A stretch of DNA of 64,000 nucleotides from Dehalococcoidia bacterium. Lineage in GTDB: Bacteria; Chloroflexota; Dehalococcoidia; Bin125. The notes beneath the pieces were generated by a model. It saw only the letters and a program-made list of their open reading frames with translations, was not told where the DNA came from and did no database searches. The stretch is from assembly GCA_963663895.2 (NCBI GenBank), contig CAXXRD010000001.1:96001-160000 (forward strand), given 5' to 3'. Positions 32,894-43,076 of this stretch are shown here, piece after piece. Every line of letters starts with the position of its first letter. The first letter of the stretch is position 1. A program made the position numbers and the translations under genes.

Positions 32894-34078
32894 CTAGCGC
32901 CCCCGCGGGTTGACCACGTCGTTCACCGCGTCACCCAACAAATTGAACGCAAAGATCAGCACGGCGACGGTCACCCCTGGAACCAGAAGGAGATGGGGAT
33001 GCAGGTTGAATGTCCTGACGCCGCCCGCATCGTCGATCATCGCGCCGAAAGAGGCGGTGGGCGCCTGCACACCGATACCGAGGAACGTCAGGGCTACCTC
33101 CAGCGTTGCGATCGCGCCGAGTGTGGCGCTGATTCCCACAACGATCCAGGGCAGCACGCCTGGAAGCAGATGGCGCAGCAGGATACGTGGTATGCGTGCA
33201 CCCAACGCCTCAGCAGCCAAAACATATTCCTGCTCGCGCAGGGCGAAGACCTGCGCACGAACAAACCGAGCGGTCCCAACCCAGCTGAAGAAGGAGACGG
33301 AGAAGAAAAGCAGACTGAAATCGTCGATGCCTTGATCGATGAAGAACGTCGTACCCAGAAAATCGTCGATGGCGGCAAACCACTCTGTCCAACGATCACG
33401 CAGGGAGGCGCTAACGAGGATCAGCACGAGGAGTGTCGGGATGGCGAGCACCACATCACCGACGCGCATGATTGCGTTGTCCACTTTGCCGCCGAGGTAG
33501 CCAGCGACCAGGCCCAGGCCCAATCCCAGGAACACGTTGCCGAAGAGAAAGGCGAGAATGGAGATCACAAGCGTCGTCCGGGCGGCGAACAGGGTCCGGC
33601 TGAACATGTCGCGACCAATGCGATCCGTACCGAACCAATGATCAGCGGACGGACCCTCCAGGACTTCGTCTTCTTTCAGGACGAAGGTTGTGCGCGGCGG
33701 CACAACGGTCGCGGAGCTGAGCGGCCCGACCTCCGCCTCGACGAGCGCGACCGTCTCAGGATTCAGGCGCCGTAGCTCCTCCAGGCTGATCTGGTGATGC
33801 GCCATGTAGGCACCCAGCGTCTCAACGACACCGTCGACTTCGCGAACCGGGCGACGCTCCGTCAGGTTGGTCGCCTCTGGATCCTGCAAACCAATGGGCG
33901 CGCCGAAGGCATCAAGGATGGTGTAAGCGCCAGCACCATAGATCACAACGATCAGCGCGAGCGCCACCATAGCCACGCGTTTCCGTCGCAGCGCGCGCCA
34001 CGCCCGGCGCTGCGGCGACTCCGCCCGAGCGAGGGGTCCATAGCTGCTATCGAGAGGTTGGACCGCTTCGATCGTCAT
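32894..34078 (-). CDS. oppC: Oligopeptide/dipeptide ABC permease (OppC/DppC) with LysM-like insert
   Basis: HWFGTDRIGRDMFSR, EYVLAAEALGA (EAA loop), FNLLGD; about 60-aa insert before PSADHW. Confidence 0.92.
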   Translation of the reverse strand: MTIEAVQPLDSSYGPLARAESPQRRAWRALRRKRVAMVALALIVVIYGAGAYTILDAFGAPIGLQDPEATNLTERRPVREVDGVVETLGAYMAHHQISLEELRRLNPETVALVEAEVGPLSSATVVPPRTTFVLKEDEVLEGPSADHWFGTDRIGRDMFSRTLFAARTTLVISILAFLFGNVFLGLGLGLVAGYLGGKVDNAIMRVGDVVLAIPTLLVLILVSASLRDRWTEWFAAIDDFLGTTFFIDQGIDDFSLLFFSVSFFSWVGTARFVRAQVFALREQEYVLAAEALGARIPRILLRHLLPGVLPWIVVGISATLGAIATLEVALTFLGIGVQAPTASFGAMIDDAGGVRTFNLHPHLLLVPGVTVAVLIFAFNLLGDAVNDVVNPRGR

Positions 34079-34082
34079 GAGG

Positions 34083-35066
34083 CTAGGCGCGCCGTGAGTA
34101 GCGGATTCGCGGATCGATATAGATGTAGGCCACATCGATGACGACGTTCGCGAGGACGAATAGCGTCGCGACGAGCAACGTGAATCCCAAGATCACGTTA
34201 AAGTCGCGCTGGCCGATCGAAGCGAAGACGAACGACCCCACCCCCGGCACCCCGTAGAGCGTTTCCGTCAGGATCGCGCCGGTCACCACGGTGACGATGC
34301 TGAGCGCCATCACCGTGCTGAGCGGCAGCAGGGAGTTGCGCAAGACGTGCCGGATGACAACGGTGCGCGGCCCCAAGCCCTTCGCGCGCGCCGTACGAAC
34401 ATAGTCCTCGTCCAGCACGCTGAGGACACTGACGCGCACGAACCGCGCCATGCCGGCCAGGGCCGGAAGGGTAAGGGCGGCCACCGGCACGATGTACGAG
34501 GCAGCATCGCCCGGCGTCCACACGGAAGGCACACTAAAGCCGAAGAACTCCGGCACTTCATGCAACCCGAACACCAGGAGCCAGACCATCAGAGGGATCA
34601 GCACAAGGACGGGGATCGCATCGAAGATCATAAAAAACCCGATGGTGAACGGGTCACGCCACGTGCCGCGATTCACTGCGGCAAAGACGCCGAGAGGGAT
34701 GCCTAAAAGGAAGATGAGCGCCAGGGAGATCAGACCGAGCTGTGTGGAGATCCAAACGCGTTCTCCCAACAACTCGGCGACGGAGCGCTGCGGGCTGCGG
34801 TGAAAATAGGAGGGGCCCAGATCGCCGCGTGTCACGAGCCCAACGAAGTAGCCGCCAAATCGATCGAAGAAGCCTCCCGTGAGGCCGAACTCCTCTCGAA
34901 TCTGCTCTGCCACTTCGGGGTCCGGTGCTCGCGTTCCCGTGATGATTCGCACCGGATCGCCGGGGGCGGCTTGGGTGAAGGCGAAAGTGATGAAGAGCAC
35001 CGCGAAGAGCGTGGGCGGCACCAACAAGAGCCGCCGCAGCACGAACGGGAGCACACCGCCGGTCAT
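34083..35066 (-). CDS. oppB: Oligopeptide/dipeptide ABC permease (OppB/DppB)
   Basis: APGDP, GDLGPSY, DYVRTARAKGL, IDPRI. Confidence 0.93.
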   Translation of the reverse strand: MTGGVLPFVLRRLLLVPPTLFAVLFITFAFTQAAPGDPVRIITGTRAPDPEVAEQIREEFGLTGGFFDRFGGYFVGLVTRGDLGPSYFHRSPQRSVAELLGERVWISTQLGLISLALIFLLGIPLGVFAAVNRGTWRDPFTIGFFMIFDAIPVLVLIPLMVWLLVFGLHEVPEFFGFSVPSVWTPGDAASYIVPVAALTLPALAGMARFVRVSVLSVLDEDYVRTARAKGLGPRTVVIRHVLRNSLLPLSTVMALSIVTVVTGAILTETLYGVPGVGSFVFASIGQRDFNVILGFTLLVATLFVLANVVIDVAYIYIDPRIRYSRRA

Positions 35067-35133
35067 GACACCGCCTCTACGCGCTGCTCCGCATGTGCGC
35101 TGGCATCGCCGGACAGATTCGGTGGACTAGATC

Positions 35134-36849
35134 TTACTCGCTCAGCACGATGAAACGAAGGTACGGCACCGTGATGCGCGGCGGCACGTAGTTCTCTACG
35201 TATGGCTTCACGAGTTCATTGGCCTGCCCGTAGAACAGCGGAATCCACGGCGCATCGGCGACGATCAACCGCTCCACCTCTTGATACAGGCGGACGCGTG
35301 CGTCTTGATCCTGCGTAACACGCGCGGTTTCAAGAATGGCATCAACCTCCGGGTTGGCGTAGCCGGTGTTGTTCTGCAGCGAGGTGCTGTGGAACAGCAG
35401 GTCGAGGAAGTTTTCCGGATCCGGATAGTCCGCGATCCAACCGATGTTGAACGCCTGGTAGAGATTCCGGTCCAGCTCCGAGAAGAACGTCGCCGTCTCC
35501 ACTTGCTGGATCTCGACCTCCACGCCGAGATTGTCGAGCCACATCCGTTGGATCGCCTCGATCACCACACCCGGAGTCGCGCCGACGCCAGGCACCGTCA
35601 ACCGTATGGTGGGGAGCCGCCCGGCGTAGGACGACTGAGCCAGCAACTCCTGTGCCCCCTCCGGGTCGAAGGAGAGCCCCCGGAAGTCTTCGTCGTAGGC
35701 CAAAATGCCGGGCGGCAGAATGCCTTCGGCGATGGGGGCGACGCCCATCAGGACCACATCGCGCAGGGTGACTTTGTCGATCGCACTGGCGAACGCTTGC
35801 CGAACCAAGGGATCGTCAAAGGGAGGCTGGTTAACGTTGAAGCCAATGTACGAGACGGATAGTTCGGACCGCGAGACGAAGTGCTGATTGAGCGGGTCCG
35901 CAGGGTCACGCACGCGCTCGATATCGTTGACCCCGACGATTGCGATATCGACCTCCTCATTCTCGAACTGGGTCACGCCTCCGCCCGCGAAGCGGATCAC
36001 GACCGCACTGACGCTGGCAGGGCCCTGGTGGTAGCGCTCAAACGGCACCAGAGCTATCTCGGCACCCTGATCCCAACGCTGCATCTGGAAAGGGCCGGTT
36101 CCGTTGGGGTTGCGAGCCCAGTTCTGGGGATCCGCGTCAATCTGCTGCACGTCGACGACGAACGCCGTGGGATAGGTCAATTTCGCGAGGAAGAACGGCT
36201 TCGGTGCATCGATCGTGATCTCGACGGTACGGTCATCGACTACCTGGATCCCTGCGATCTCCTCGACTCGGCCGCGGATGTAGTCGCGCGCGCCGATGAT
36301 GTCGCCGAGATAATCCTGCGCGGTGGGCGAGAAGGTGTCCGGCGAGGCGTGCCGCTCGATGCTGTCCTTGACGTCCTGCGCCGTGACGCGGCGGCTATTG
36401 TGAAAGAGTGCGTCGCGGCGCAGCGCAAACCGGTACGTCACTGTCCCATCGGCGTTCTCGATCACCTCCGGCAGCGATTCCGCTAGATCAGGCACGACGC
36501 GCAGATCGAGATCGAGCGTGACGAGTCCGCCGAAGATCTCGACGACGTAGGACGCAGAATTCTGATCGGTGACGAGTGCCGGATCGAGAGTGATCGGTTC
36601 GGCGCGCGCGATACGCAACTCGTTCTCGCCGCGGCGCACCTGTGGCGTGATCGACTCAGGCTGTTCCTCCTCGTCGCTATCCGCCTGGGGCGCAGCGCCA
36701 CCGTCGTCCCTCTCGGTAACAGGTCGCTCGCGATCGGCGCGGGTCGTGGTGGCTCGGTCGGAGTCGGATGACGCATCGCCGCCGCCGCAAGCAGCACCAA
36801 CCAGTGCCGCGACCACCACCAGTGCCGCAATCAGCCACCAGCGGCTCAC
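35134..36849 (-). CDS. oppA: Peptide ABC substrate-binding lipoprotein (SBP family 5)
   Basis: Lipobox GAAC, TLDPA, PDLAES, GTGPF, WIADYPDP. Confidence 0.93.
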   Translation of the reverse strand: MSRWWLIAALVVVAALVGAACGGGDASSDSDRATTTRADRERPVTERDDGGAAPQADSDEEEQPESITPQVRRGENELRIARAEPITLDPALVTDQNSASYVVEIFGGLVTLDLDLRVVPDLAESLPEVIENADGTVTYRFALRRDALFHNSRRVTAQDVKDSIERHASPDTFSPTAQDYLGDIIGARDYIRGRVEEIAGIQVVDDRTVEITIDAPKPFFLAKLTYPTAFVVDVQQIDADPQNWARNPNGTGPFQMQRWDQGAEIALVPFERYHQGPASVSAVVIRFAGGGVTQFENEEVDIAIVGVNDIERVRDPADPLNQHFVSRSELSVSYIGFNVNQPPFDDPLVRQAFASAIDKVTLRDVVLMGVAPIAEGILPPGILAYDEDFRGLSFDPEGAQELLAQSSYAGRLPTIRLTVPGVGATPGVVIEAIQRMWLDNLGVEVEIQQVETATFFSELDRNLYQAFNIGWIADYPDPENFLDLLFHSTSLQNNTGYANPEVDAILETARVTQDQDARVRLYQEVERLIVADAPWIPLFYGQANELVKPYVENYVPPRITVPYLRFIVLSE

Positions 36850-37005
36850 CGAGATCGCTCCACCCGTGCGTGAAAGATTGCGAGGTCCATCAGCTCCTGC
36901 TCCGTCTCTCGCCCCGACAAATCTTCGTCCGCCGCGAACAATCCAGTGAGCCGAGCGTATCACTGCGTCTGGACTGGCGTGCGCAGGCGAGCCCCTGTCA
37001 TCAGT

Positions 37006-38793
37006 CTATTCCCCACCTGTGAGCGCAAGCCCGAGCTCGGCGATCTGGGGCTCGGTCACCGCAGCCGGCGCACCGGTCATGGGATCGACGGCGGCTTGCG
37101 TCTTGGGAAACGCGATCACCTCACGGATGTTCGGAGCACCCGCCAGCAACATAGCGATGCGGTCGAGTCCCGGAGCAATCCCCCCATGCGGCGGCGCGCC
37201 ATGATCGAAGGCCTTCAAGATGTGCCCGAAACGCCGCTGTGCCTCGTCGGGCGCGATGCCAAGGCAGGTGAAAACCCGCTCCTGCACCTCTCTCCGGTGG
37301 ATACGAATCGAGCCAGAGGCGAGTTCGAACCCGTTCGCCACGATGTCGTAGGCGCGAGCACGGACGCTTCCCGGATCAGTCTCGAGCTTGGCAAGATCCT
37401 CGTCCCGAGGAGCCGTGAACGGGTGATGGAGCGCATCCCAGCGCTCCTCCTGGGCATCCCAGGCGAGCAGCGGGAAGTCCGTGATGAAAGCGAAGTGCAG
37501 CGTCTGCGGGTCTGCAAGATCCAAACGGTCCGCAATGGCACGCCGCAGGCCATCCAAAGCCGTGTTGACGACCTTCTCGGCATCGGCGGCGAGCAGCACC
37601 AAGTCGCCCGCCTCGGCGCCAGCACGCGCGCCTATCCGGCGCGCGGTCTCTTCGCCGAGATGCTTGAGCACGGGAGAGCGCATCTCATCCGCTCGTGCCA
37701 CCGACGGCTCCGCCTTGAACTGGATCGAGACCAGCCCTTTCGCGCCGTAAGTCCGCGCCAGCTCGGTGTAGGCGTCGATCTGCTTGCGTGTGAGTCCCGC
37801 TCCTCCAGGAACCACCAGCCCACGGACACGGCCACCGGCCTCGACGGCGTTGCGGAAAACGGCGAAGGCCGATGCGGCGACAAGCGGCGTGCAATCGAAA
37901 AGCTCAAGCCCGTAACGCAGATCTGGCTTGTCGGTGCCGAAGCGCTCCAGCGCCGCCGCGTACGTCAGCCGTGGGAACGGCGAGACGATATTGAGGTCAG
38001 GGCGCAGCTCCCGCACCAGCCCCGTAAAAAGCTCCTCCATGAGCGCGAGGATGTCCTCCTCCTCGCAGAAGGCCATCTCTACGTCCAGCTGCGTGAACTC
38101 CGGCTGACGGTCGGCACGGAGATCTTCGTCGCGGAAGCAACGAACGATCTGAAAGTACCGCTCCACGCCCGCGACCATCAGCAGCTGCTTGAATTGCTGT
38201 GGCGACTGGGGGAGCGCGTAGAAACTTCCAGGGTGCAGGCGACTCGGCACGAGATAATCTCGCGCTCCTTCGGGCGTTGGGACTACCAGCGCGGGCGTCT
38301 CGACCTCCATAAAATCATGGGCCGTCATGAAGCGGCGGACATACTGATTCATCTCGTGCCGCAAGATGAGGTTGCGGTGCATCTCCGCACGCCTGAGATC
38401 AAGGAACCGGTATTCGAGCCGCCGAACCTCGTCGACGTCGGTCGGTTCGTTCACCGCGAACGGCGGCGTCTCCGCGGCGTTGAGCACTTCGATCTCCTGC
38501 GCCTCGACTTCAACCTCCCCCGTCGCCAAATTCGGATTGATCGTCTCGACGCTGCGCCGCACTACGCTGCCCCGCACGCCGAGTACATACTCACTGCGAG
38601 CGGCGGCGGCGGCGGCGTGCGCGTCCGGCGCCCGATCAGGGTGGACCACGACCTGTACGAGGCCGCGGCTATCCCGCAGGTCGATGAAGATCAACCCGCC
38701 ATGGTCACGCCGCCTGTGGACCCAACCGGCGAGTGTGACATCAATGCCCGCGTGTTCGGCGCGCAGGTCGCCGCCGTAGTGGCTCTTCAGCAC
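37006..38793 (-). CDS. aspS: Aspartate-tRNA ligase (possibly non-discriminating)
   Basis: WVHRRRDHGG, PEGARDYLVPSR, CFRDEDLRADRQPEFTQLD, PPHGG. His in WVHRR is typical of non-discriminating AspRS. Confidence 0.97.
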   Translation of the reverse strand: MLKSHYGGDLRAEHAGIDVTLAGWVHRRRDHGGLIFIDLRDSRGLVQVVVHPDRAPDAHAAAAAARSEYVLGVRGSVVRRSVETINPNLATGEVEVEAQEIEVLNAAETPPFAVNEPTDVDEVRRLEYRFLDLRRAEMHRNLILRHEMNQYVRRFMTAHDFMEVETPALVVPTPEGARDYLVPSRLHPGSFYALPQSPQQFKQLLMVAGVERYFQIVRCFRDEDLRADRQPEFTQLDVEMAFCEEEDILALMEELFTGLVRELRPDLNIVSPFPRLTYAAALERFGTDKPDLRYGLELFDCTPLVAASAFAVFRNAVEAGGRVRGLVVPGGAGLTRKQIDAYTELARTYGAKGLVSIQFKAEPSVARADEMRSPVLKHLGEETARRIGARAGAEAGDLVLLAADAEKVVNTALDGLRRAIADRLDLADPQTLHFAFITDFPLLAWDAQEERWDALHHPFTAPRDEDLAKLETDPGSVRARAYDIVANGFELASGSIRIHRREVQERVFTCLGIAPDEAQRRFGHILKAFDHGAPPHGGIAPGLDRIAMLLAGAPNIREVIAFPKTQAAVDPMTGAPAAVTEPQIAELGLALTGGE

Positions 38794-38967
38794 TCAACAT
38801 CTCCAGACCAGGGCTCGCTAACGGCGCCGACGGACCGGAGAGCCATCAGCGTCGAGTCTGGCACGCACGTCCAGGTCAATCAAACATGGCACGCGCGTCC
38901 CGATCCGCCCTAGCGTTGGGGCCGCGCGCGGCCTTAGAGTTGCCCCGCAGTGTGCTAAGGAGCGCGC

Positions 38968-40172
38968 GTGGAAGCGATGTCGATGGAGAGACGAATCCAC
39001 ACGCTGCCCAGCTTCCGCTGGATGGAACCGATGCCGGCTTCACCCGCCGTGCAGGTGGGCGAGCTGCTGTTCATCGGCGGGCAAACGGCGTTGGACGAGA
39101 ACGGTCGCGCCATTGCGCCAGGCGACGTGGCGGCCCAGACACGTCACATCTTTGACCGGATCGTCGAACTCCTTGAGGCAGCGGGCGGCACCACCGATGA
39201 CCTTGTCGACGTCATCTCCTTCCACAAGGACCCGCGCGATATGGACGCCGTCTTCGCCACGGCGCGCGACTATCTGACCCACGCGAAGCACCCCGCTTGG
39301 ACGGCAGTGGGCAGCCAGGGCTTCTGGGTGAGCGAGAACTTACTTGGCATTCGCGCGATCGCGCACATGGGCCAGGCGCCCAAGGACAGCTATACCCCCG
39401 ACACGATGAAGTGGCTACGTCAGTTCCCAATGGCGGGTGGCTGCAAGAAGGGCGACTTCCTCTTCGTGTCGGGGCAAATGGCCGCCGACGCAGACGGCTT
39501 CATCACCACTCCCGGCGACCACGCCGCGCAGGCTCGTTACGCCATCAATCGCATCCGGGAGATCGTGGAGATGGCTGGCGCCTCCATGGACGACGTGATC
39601 GACCTGATCGCGTTCAACCGCGACGCACGCGGCATGGACGCGGCGGTGGACACTTGGATGGAGGAGGTCGTATCCAAGGTGCACCCCGCCAATGCCCCTA
39701 CCGTGACCACCATTGGGACGACCGGCCTGTATCGTCTCGGCCTGTTGGGCGCCTACCGCGTCATCGCCGACCTCAGTCCGGGCCCCCGCGTCGCCAAAAC
39801 ACCTCCCAGCATCTGGTGGCACACGCTGCCCGTCGCAGGTGGCTGCAAGAAGGAGGGCGGGCACCTGATCACGATCGCGGGCGAGGTCGCCTCGGATGGC
39901 GACGGCAACATCATCACCCCGGGAAACACCGCGACGCAGGCGCGCTACGCCTTCAACCGGATCAAGGAGGTGCTGGAGGCTTTCGGCGCGTCAATGGAGC
40001 ACGTGGTCGAGGTAATGTCGTTCCACAAGGATCCGCGTGCGTGGAGCGCGTCATGAAAGTAGGCGAGGAGTTCTTCTCGAAAGAGCAAGGACCCGCCTGG
40101 ACGCCGGCGGGCACCACCGGGCTCTACAAGGAAGGCTATCTGCATGAGATCTACGCGACCGCGGTCGTCTAG
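38968..40172 (+). CDS. Triple-domain Rid (YjgF/UK114) family protein, one frameshift near 40044
   Basis: Three repeats (LFIGGQTALD, LFVSGQMAAD, ITIAGEVASD; PAWT/PTVT/PAWT). One extra G at TGG 40042-40044 restores WERVMK...IYATAVV-TAG. Confidence 0.85.
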
Positions 40173-40231
40173 AAACGCGCGCTAGAGGCCGACGGCGGCC
40201 TTGCGCCTCTCGTATCGCCGCGAGGAAGAGT

Positions 40232-40259
40232 TTGCAACCTTGCCCCGGAAGCGCATAAT
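40232..40259 (+). promoter_or_regulatory. Sigma70-type promoter of LLM gene
   Basis: TTGCAA-16 bp-CATAAT; AGGAGG SD downstream. Confidence 0.55.
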
Positions 40260-40332
40260 GCTCCCGCATCCTCTGGAACGCCCGGCCGCAAGCGCGGCTG
40301 GCTTGCGCGCGGCTCGTAGGAGGGACTGACGA

Positions 40333-41736
40333 ATGCTGGAACTCGGTGTCTTTCACAATGGAGCGGTGGATCTGCCGCTGGTCCTGTCCGAGCCGGACGG
40401 CGTGCCCGTGCCCGATGCCTCGATCGAGGAGGTGCACGAAAGCTATCGCCGTATCACGCACCGGCAGGTTCGAGAATCGATCTTGGCGGAGCAACTCGGG
40501 TTCAACTACATGTTCTTCACCGAGCATCACTTCCAGCCGGAAGGGGCCGAATACAGCCCAGACCCGATCGTCGTGCAAGCCGCGATCGCATCGCAGACGA
40601 AGAAGATCCGGCTCGGGCAGATGGCCAATATCTTGCCCTGGTGGCACCCGGTTCGCCTGGCCGAGCAAGCGGCGCTCCTTGATGTCCTCAGCGGCGGCCG
40701 GCTGGAGTTCGGCATCGGCCGCGGCTACCAGCCCCGCGAGGCTGAGGTCTTCGGCAAGCCCTTTGGCGCGACCGTCCAAGACCAAGAGCGTAACCGTCGC
40801 TACTTCGACGAAGCCTACCAGTTGATTCTGAAATGCTGGACGGAGCCGTCTTTCTCTCACCAGGGAGAGTTCTTCCAGATCCCGCCGAGCTACACCCGCT
40901 GGCACCACTGGGGCACCATGGGCTTCTTCAACCAGCCCAAGTCCGAGCGGACCATCGAAGACGTATTGAACCTCTCGCCAGCGGACATGTACTCGATGGC
41001 TGCAGCTGCGCCGCTCTACGCCACGACGACCACGCTCAAGGAATTGAGCGTCTTTCCGCAGCCGGTTCAAAAGCCCTACCCGCAGTTCTGGGAGCCGGTC
41101 AACAGCGAGCGCTCGATCAATTGGTGCGTCAGCCGCGGCATGAACTGCTTCACCGTGCCGGACTCCAACGAGCGCGTGAAGCACAACGTCGCCGTGTATT
41201 ACGAGGAGGCGGAGAAGAACAACTGGCCCGACCGCCTCAACCGCGGCCCCTGGAAGTACGGTTGGGATGTGGAGAAGAAGCGCGGGTATGGCTGTTGCCG
41301 CTGGGTGCACATCGTGCCGCCGGGCCCGAACGCCGAGGCGGAGACGGCACGCTACAAACGGGCGCTTGAGCACCAGTGGAACTACTACAGCCCCTTCGGG
41401 ATCGCGGGCCTGCTGGCGGATCCGGGAGAGGAGCCTCCCGACGCTTACTCGCTCATCCCGGCCGACCTCGTCATCGACAAGGGCCTTGCCTTCATCGGTC
41501 CCGCCGACAAGGTGATCGACGACATCATGAACGTGAAGGAGATCGTCGGTTACGACGATTTCATGTTCACGCCATGGTTTGAGGGGAGCACCTACAGCGC
41601 CGACGAGGTCGAGGAGCAGATGCGTATGTTCGCCACGGACGTCATGCCGACGCTGGCCAAGGCCTGTGGCGGTTTGGTCGAGAATGACCCTGTCGACGTC
41701 GACCTACAACCACGCGTTGCAGAGCCGGTGTCCTAG
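40333..41736 (+). CDS. Luciferase-like (LLM class) flavin-dependent oxidoreductase
   Basis: AEQLGF..FFTEHHF, HPVRLAEQAALLDVLSGGRLEFGIGRGY, PQPVQKPYP, FATDVMP. Confidence 0.92.
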   Translation: MLELGVFHNGAVDLPLVLSEPDGVPVPDASIEEVHESYRRITHRQVRESILAEQLGFNYMFFTEHHFQPEGAEYSPDPIVVQAAIASQTKKIRLGQMANILPWWHPVRLAEQAALLDVLSGGRLEFGIGRGYQPREAEVFGKPFGATVQDQERNRRYFDEAYQLILKCWTEPSFSHQGEFFQIPPSYTRWHHWGTMGFFNQPKSERTIEDVLNLSPADMYSMAAAAPLYATTTTLKELSVFPQPVQKPYPQFWEPVNSERSINWCVSRGMNCFTVPDSNERVKHNVAVYYEEAEKNNWPDRLNRGPWKYGWDVEKKRGYGCCRWVHIVPPGPNAEAETARYKRALEHQWNYYSPFGIAGLLADPGEEPPDAYSLIPADLVIDKGLAFIGPADKVIDDIMNVKEIVGYDDFMFTPWFEGSTYSADEVEEQMRMFATDVMPTLAKACGGLVENDPVDVDLQPRVAEPVS

Positions 41737-41855
41737 TCGTCACATGATCACACGCCCGGGAGGCGTTCAGGGCGAGGGGCGGAACGCGCGGGGTGTCTCA
41801 TCCCGCGCGTTCCACGTTTAAGCGCAAGGCATTCGCTCGTCCCTACACTCGCAGT

Positions 41856-43076
41856 ATGAGCAGTGCCACCCCTGGTGACGCGGTGAGCATCTATCTACAC
41901 GTGCCGTTCTGCACGGTGCGTTGCTCATACTGTGACTTCAACACCTACGCCAACCTCGAATCGCTCATCCCCAGGTGGGAGAGCGCACTGCTGGCGGAGC
42001 TGTCCCAGTGGGCCCCGGCGGTCGCGGGGCGGCCCGTGCCGACCGTGTTTTTCGGCGGCGGCACGCCGAGCCTGCTGGACGGTCAGACCGTCGCACGCAT
42101 CCTCGATACGATCCGTGGCAACTACGCCCTGGTGCCCGCTGCCGAAATCTCGTTGGAAGCCAACCCCGAGAGCGTCGATCTGGATCGACTCACGGCCTAC
42201 CGAGCAGCTGGAGTGACCCGGCTATCAATTGGGGTGCAGTCGCTTGACGAGGCGGAGCTACGCTTCCTCGATCGTCTGCATGATGCCGAGCGCGCGGCGC
42301 ACGCGGTACGGCTCGCGCGCACGGCGGCTTTCGAGAGTGTCAGCTTGGACCTCATCTTTGGCCTGCCCCAGCAATCGCTCGCCAGCTGGCGGCGGTCGCT
42401 GGAAGGCGCGCTGGCGTTGGCACCAGACCACGTGTCCTGCTACGCACTGACGATCGAGGACGGCACCCCGCTTGCGGTACGGGTCGATGCCGGACAGGTA
42501 CGGGAAGCGGATCAGGATGTCAGCGCGGAGATGGCCGATTGGACGGAGCACTGCCTCGCGGCCGCCGGCTACGCACAATACGAAATCAGCAATTTCGCAA
42601 AGCCGGGGCATGCCTGCCGCCACAACTTAGCCTACTGGCAGCATCGGGAGTACGTGGGAGTCGGACCAGGAGCACACGGGTTCGTCGATGGTGTGCGGTA
42701 CGCAGTTGAACGCAGCCCGTCCCGATACATCGCCGCTATGACAAGACCCCGTGCACGTACCCTGCCGAGCCCAGCGATCGTGTCGGAGGAGTCCATCGAC
42801 GATGCAACCGCCGCCCTCGATACCGTCATCCTAGGGCTGCGTCTCAACGCGGGCGTCGACGTTGAAGCGCTTGCCACACGGTACGTCGCCCCATGGGAAC
42901 GATTCCAGCCTGCTCTGGAATGGGCGACGGCGGCCGAGCTTCTTCTCCGCGACCACGGCCGCCTGCGGCTCACGCGGAAGGGGAGAAGGCTCGCCAACGA
43001 AGTCTTCGTCCAGCTCATGGAACCTTCGCTGACGGCGGCAACCGCAGCCTCGCCAACGCCGTTGAAAAAGATCTGA
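41856..43076 (+). CDS. hemW: Radical SAM heme chaperone
   Basis: YLHVPFCTVRCSYCDF, GGGTPS, YEISNF, HNLAYW. Confidence 0.93.
   Translation: MSSATPGDAVSIYLHVPFCTVRCSYCDFNTYANLESLIPRWESALLAELSQWAPAVAGRPVPTVFFGGGTPSLLDGQTVARILDTIRGNYALVPAAEISLEANPESVDLDRLTAYRAAGVTRLSIGVQSLDEAELRFLDRLHDAERAAHAVRLARTAAFESVSLDLIFGLPQQSLASWRRSLEGALALAPDHVSCYALTIEDGTPLAVRVDAGQVREADQDVSAEMADWTEHCLAAAGYAQYEISNFAKPGHACRHNLAYWQHREYVGVGPGAHGFVDGVRYAVERSPSRYIAAMTRPRARTLPSPAIVSEESIDDATAALDTVILGLRLNAGVDVEALATRYVAPWERFQPALEWATAAELLLRDHGRLRLTRKGRRLANEVFVQLMEPSLTAATAASPTPLKKI

Noticed and set aside
36946-38913. 655-aa ORF on + strand
   Set aside because: Antisense shadow of aspS; stop-poor reverse frame expected at high GC; no motifs.
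38794-38967. T-box leader upstream of aspS
   Set aside because: No GGTGGNACCGCG T-box consensus or terminator found.
40054-40056. TGA as selenocysteine in the Rid protein (selB is nearby)
   Set aside because: Homology to the other repeats continues in a different frame, so it is an indel, not read-through.
40051-41373. 440-aa ORF on - strand
   Set aside because: Antisense shadow of the LLM gene.
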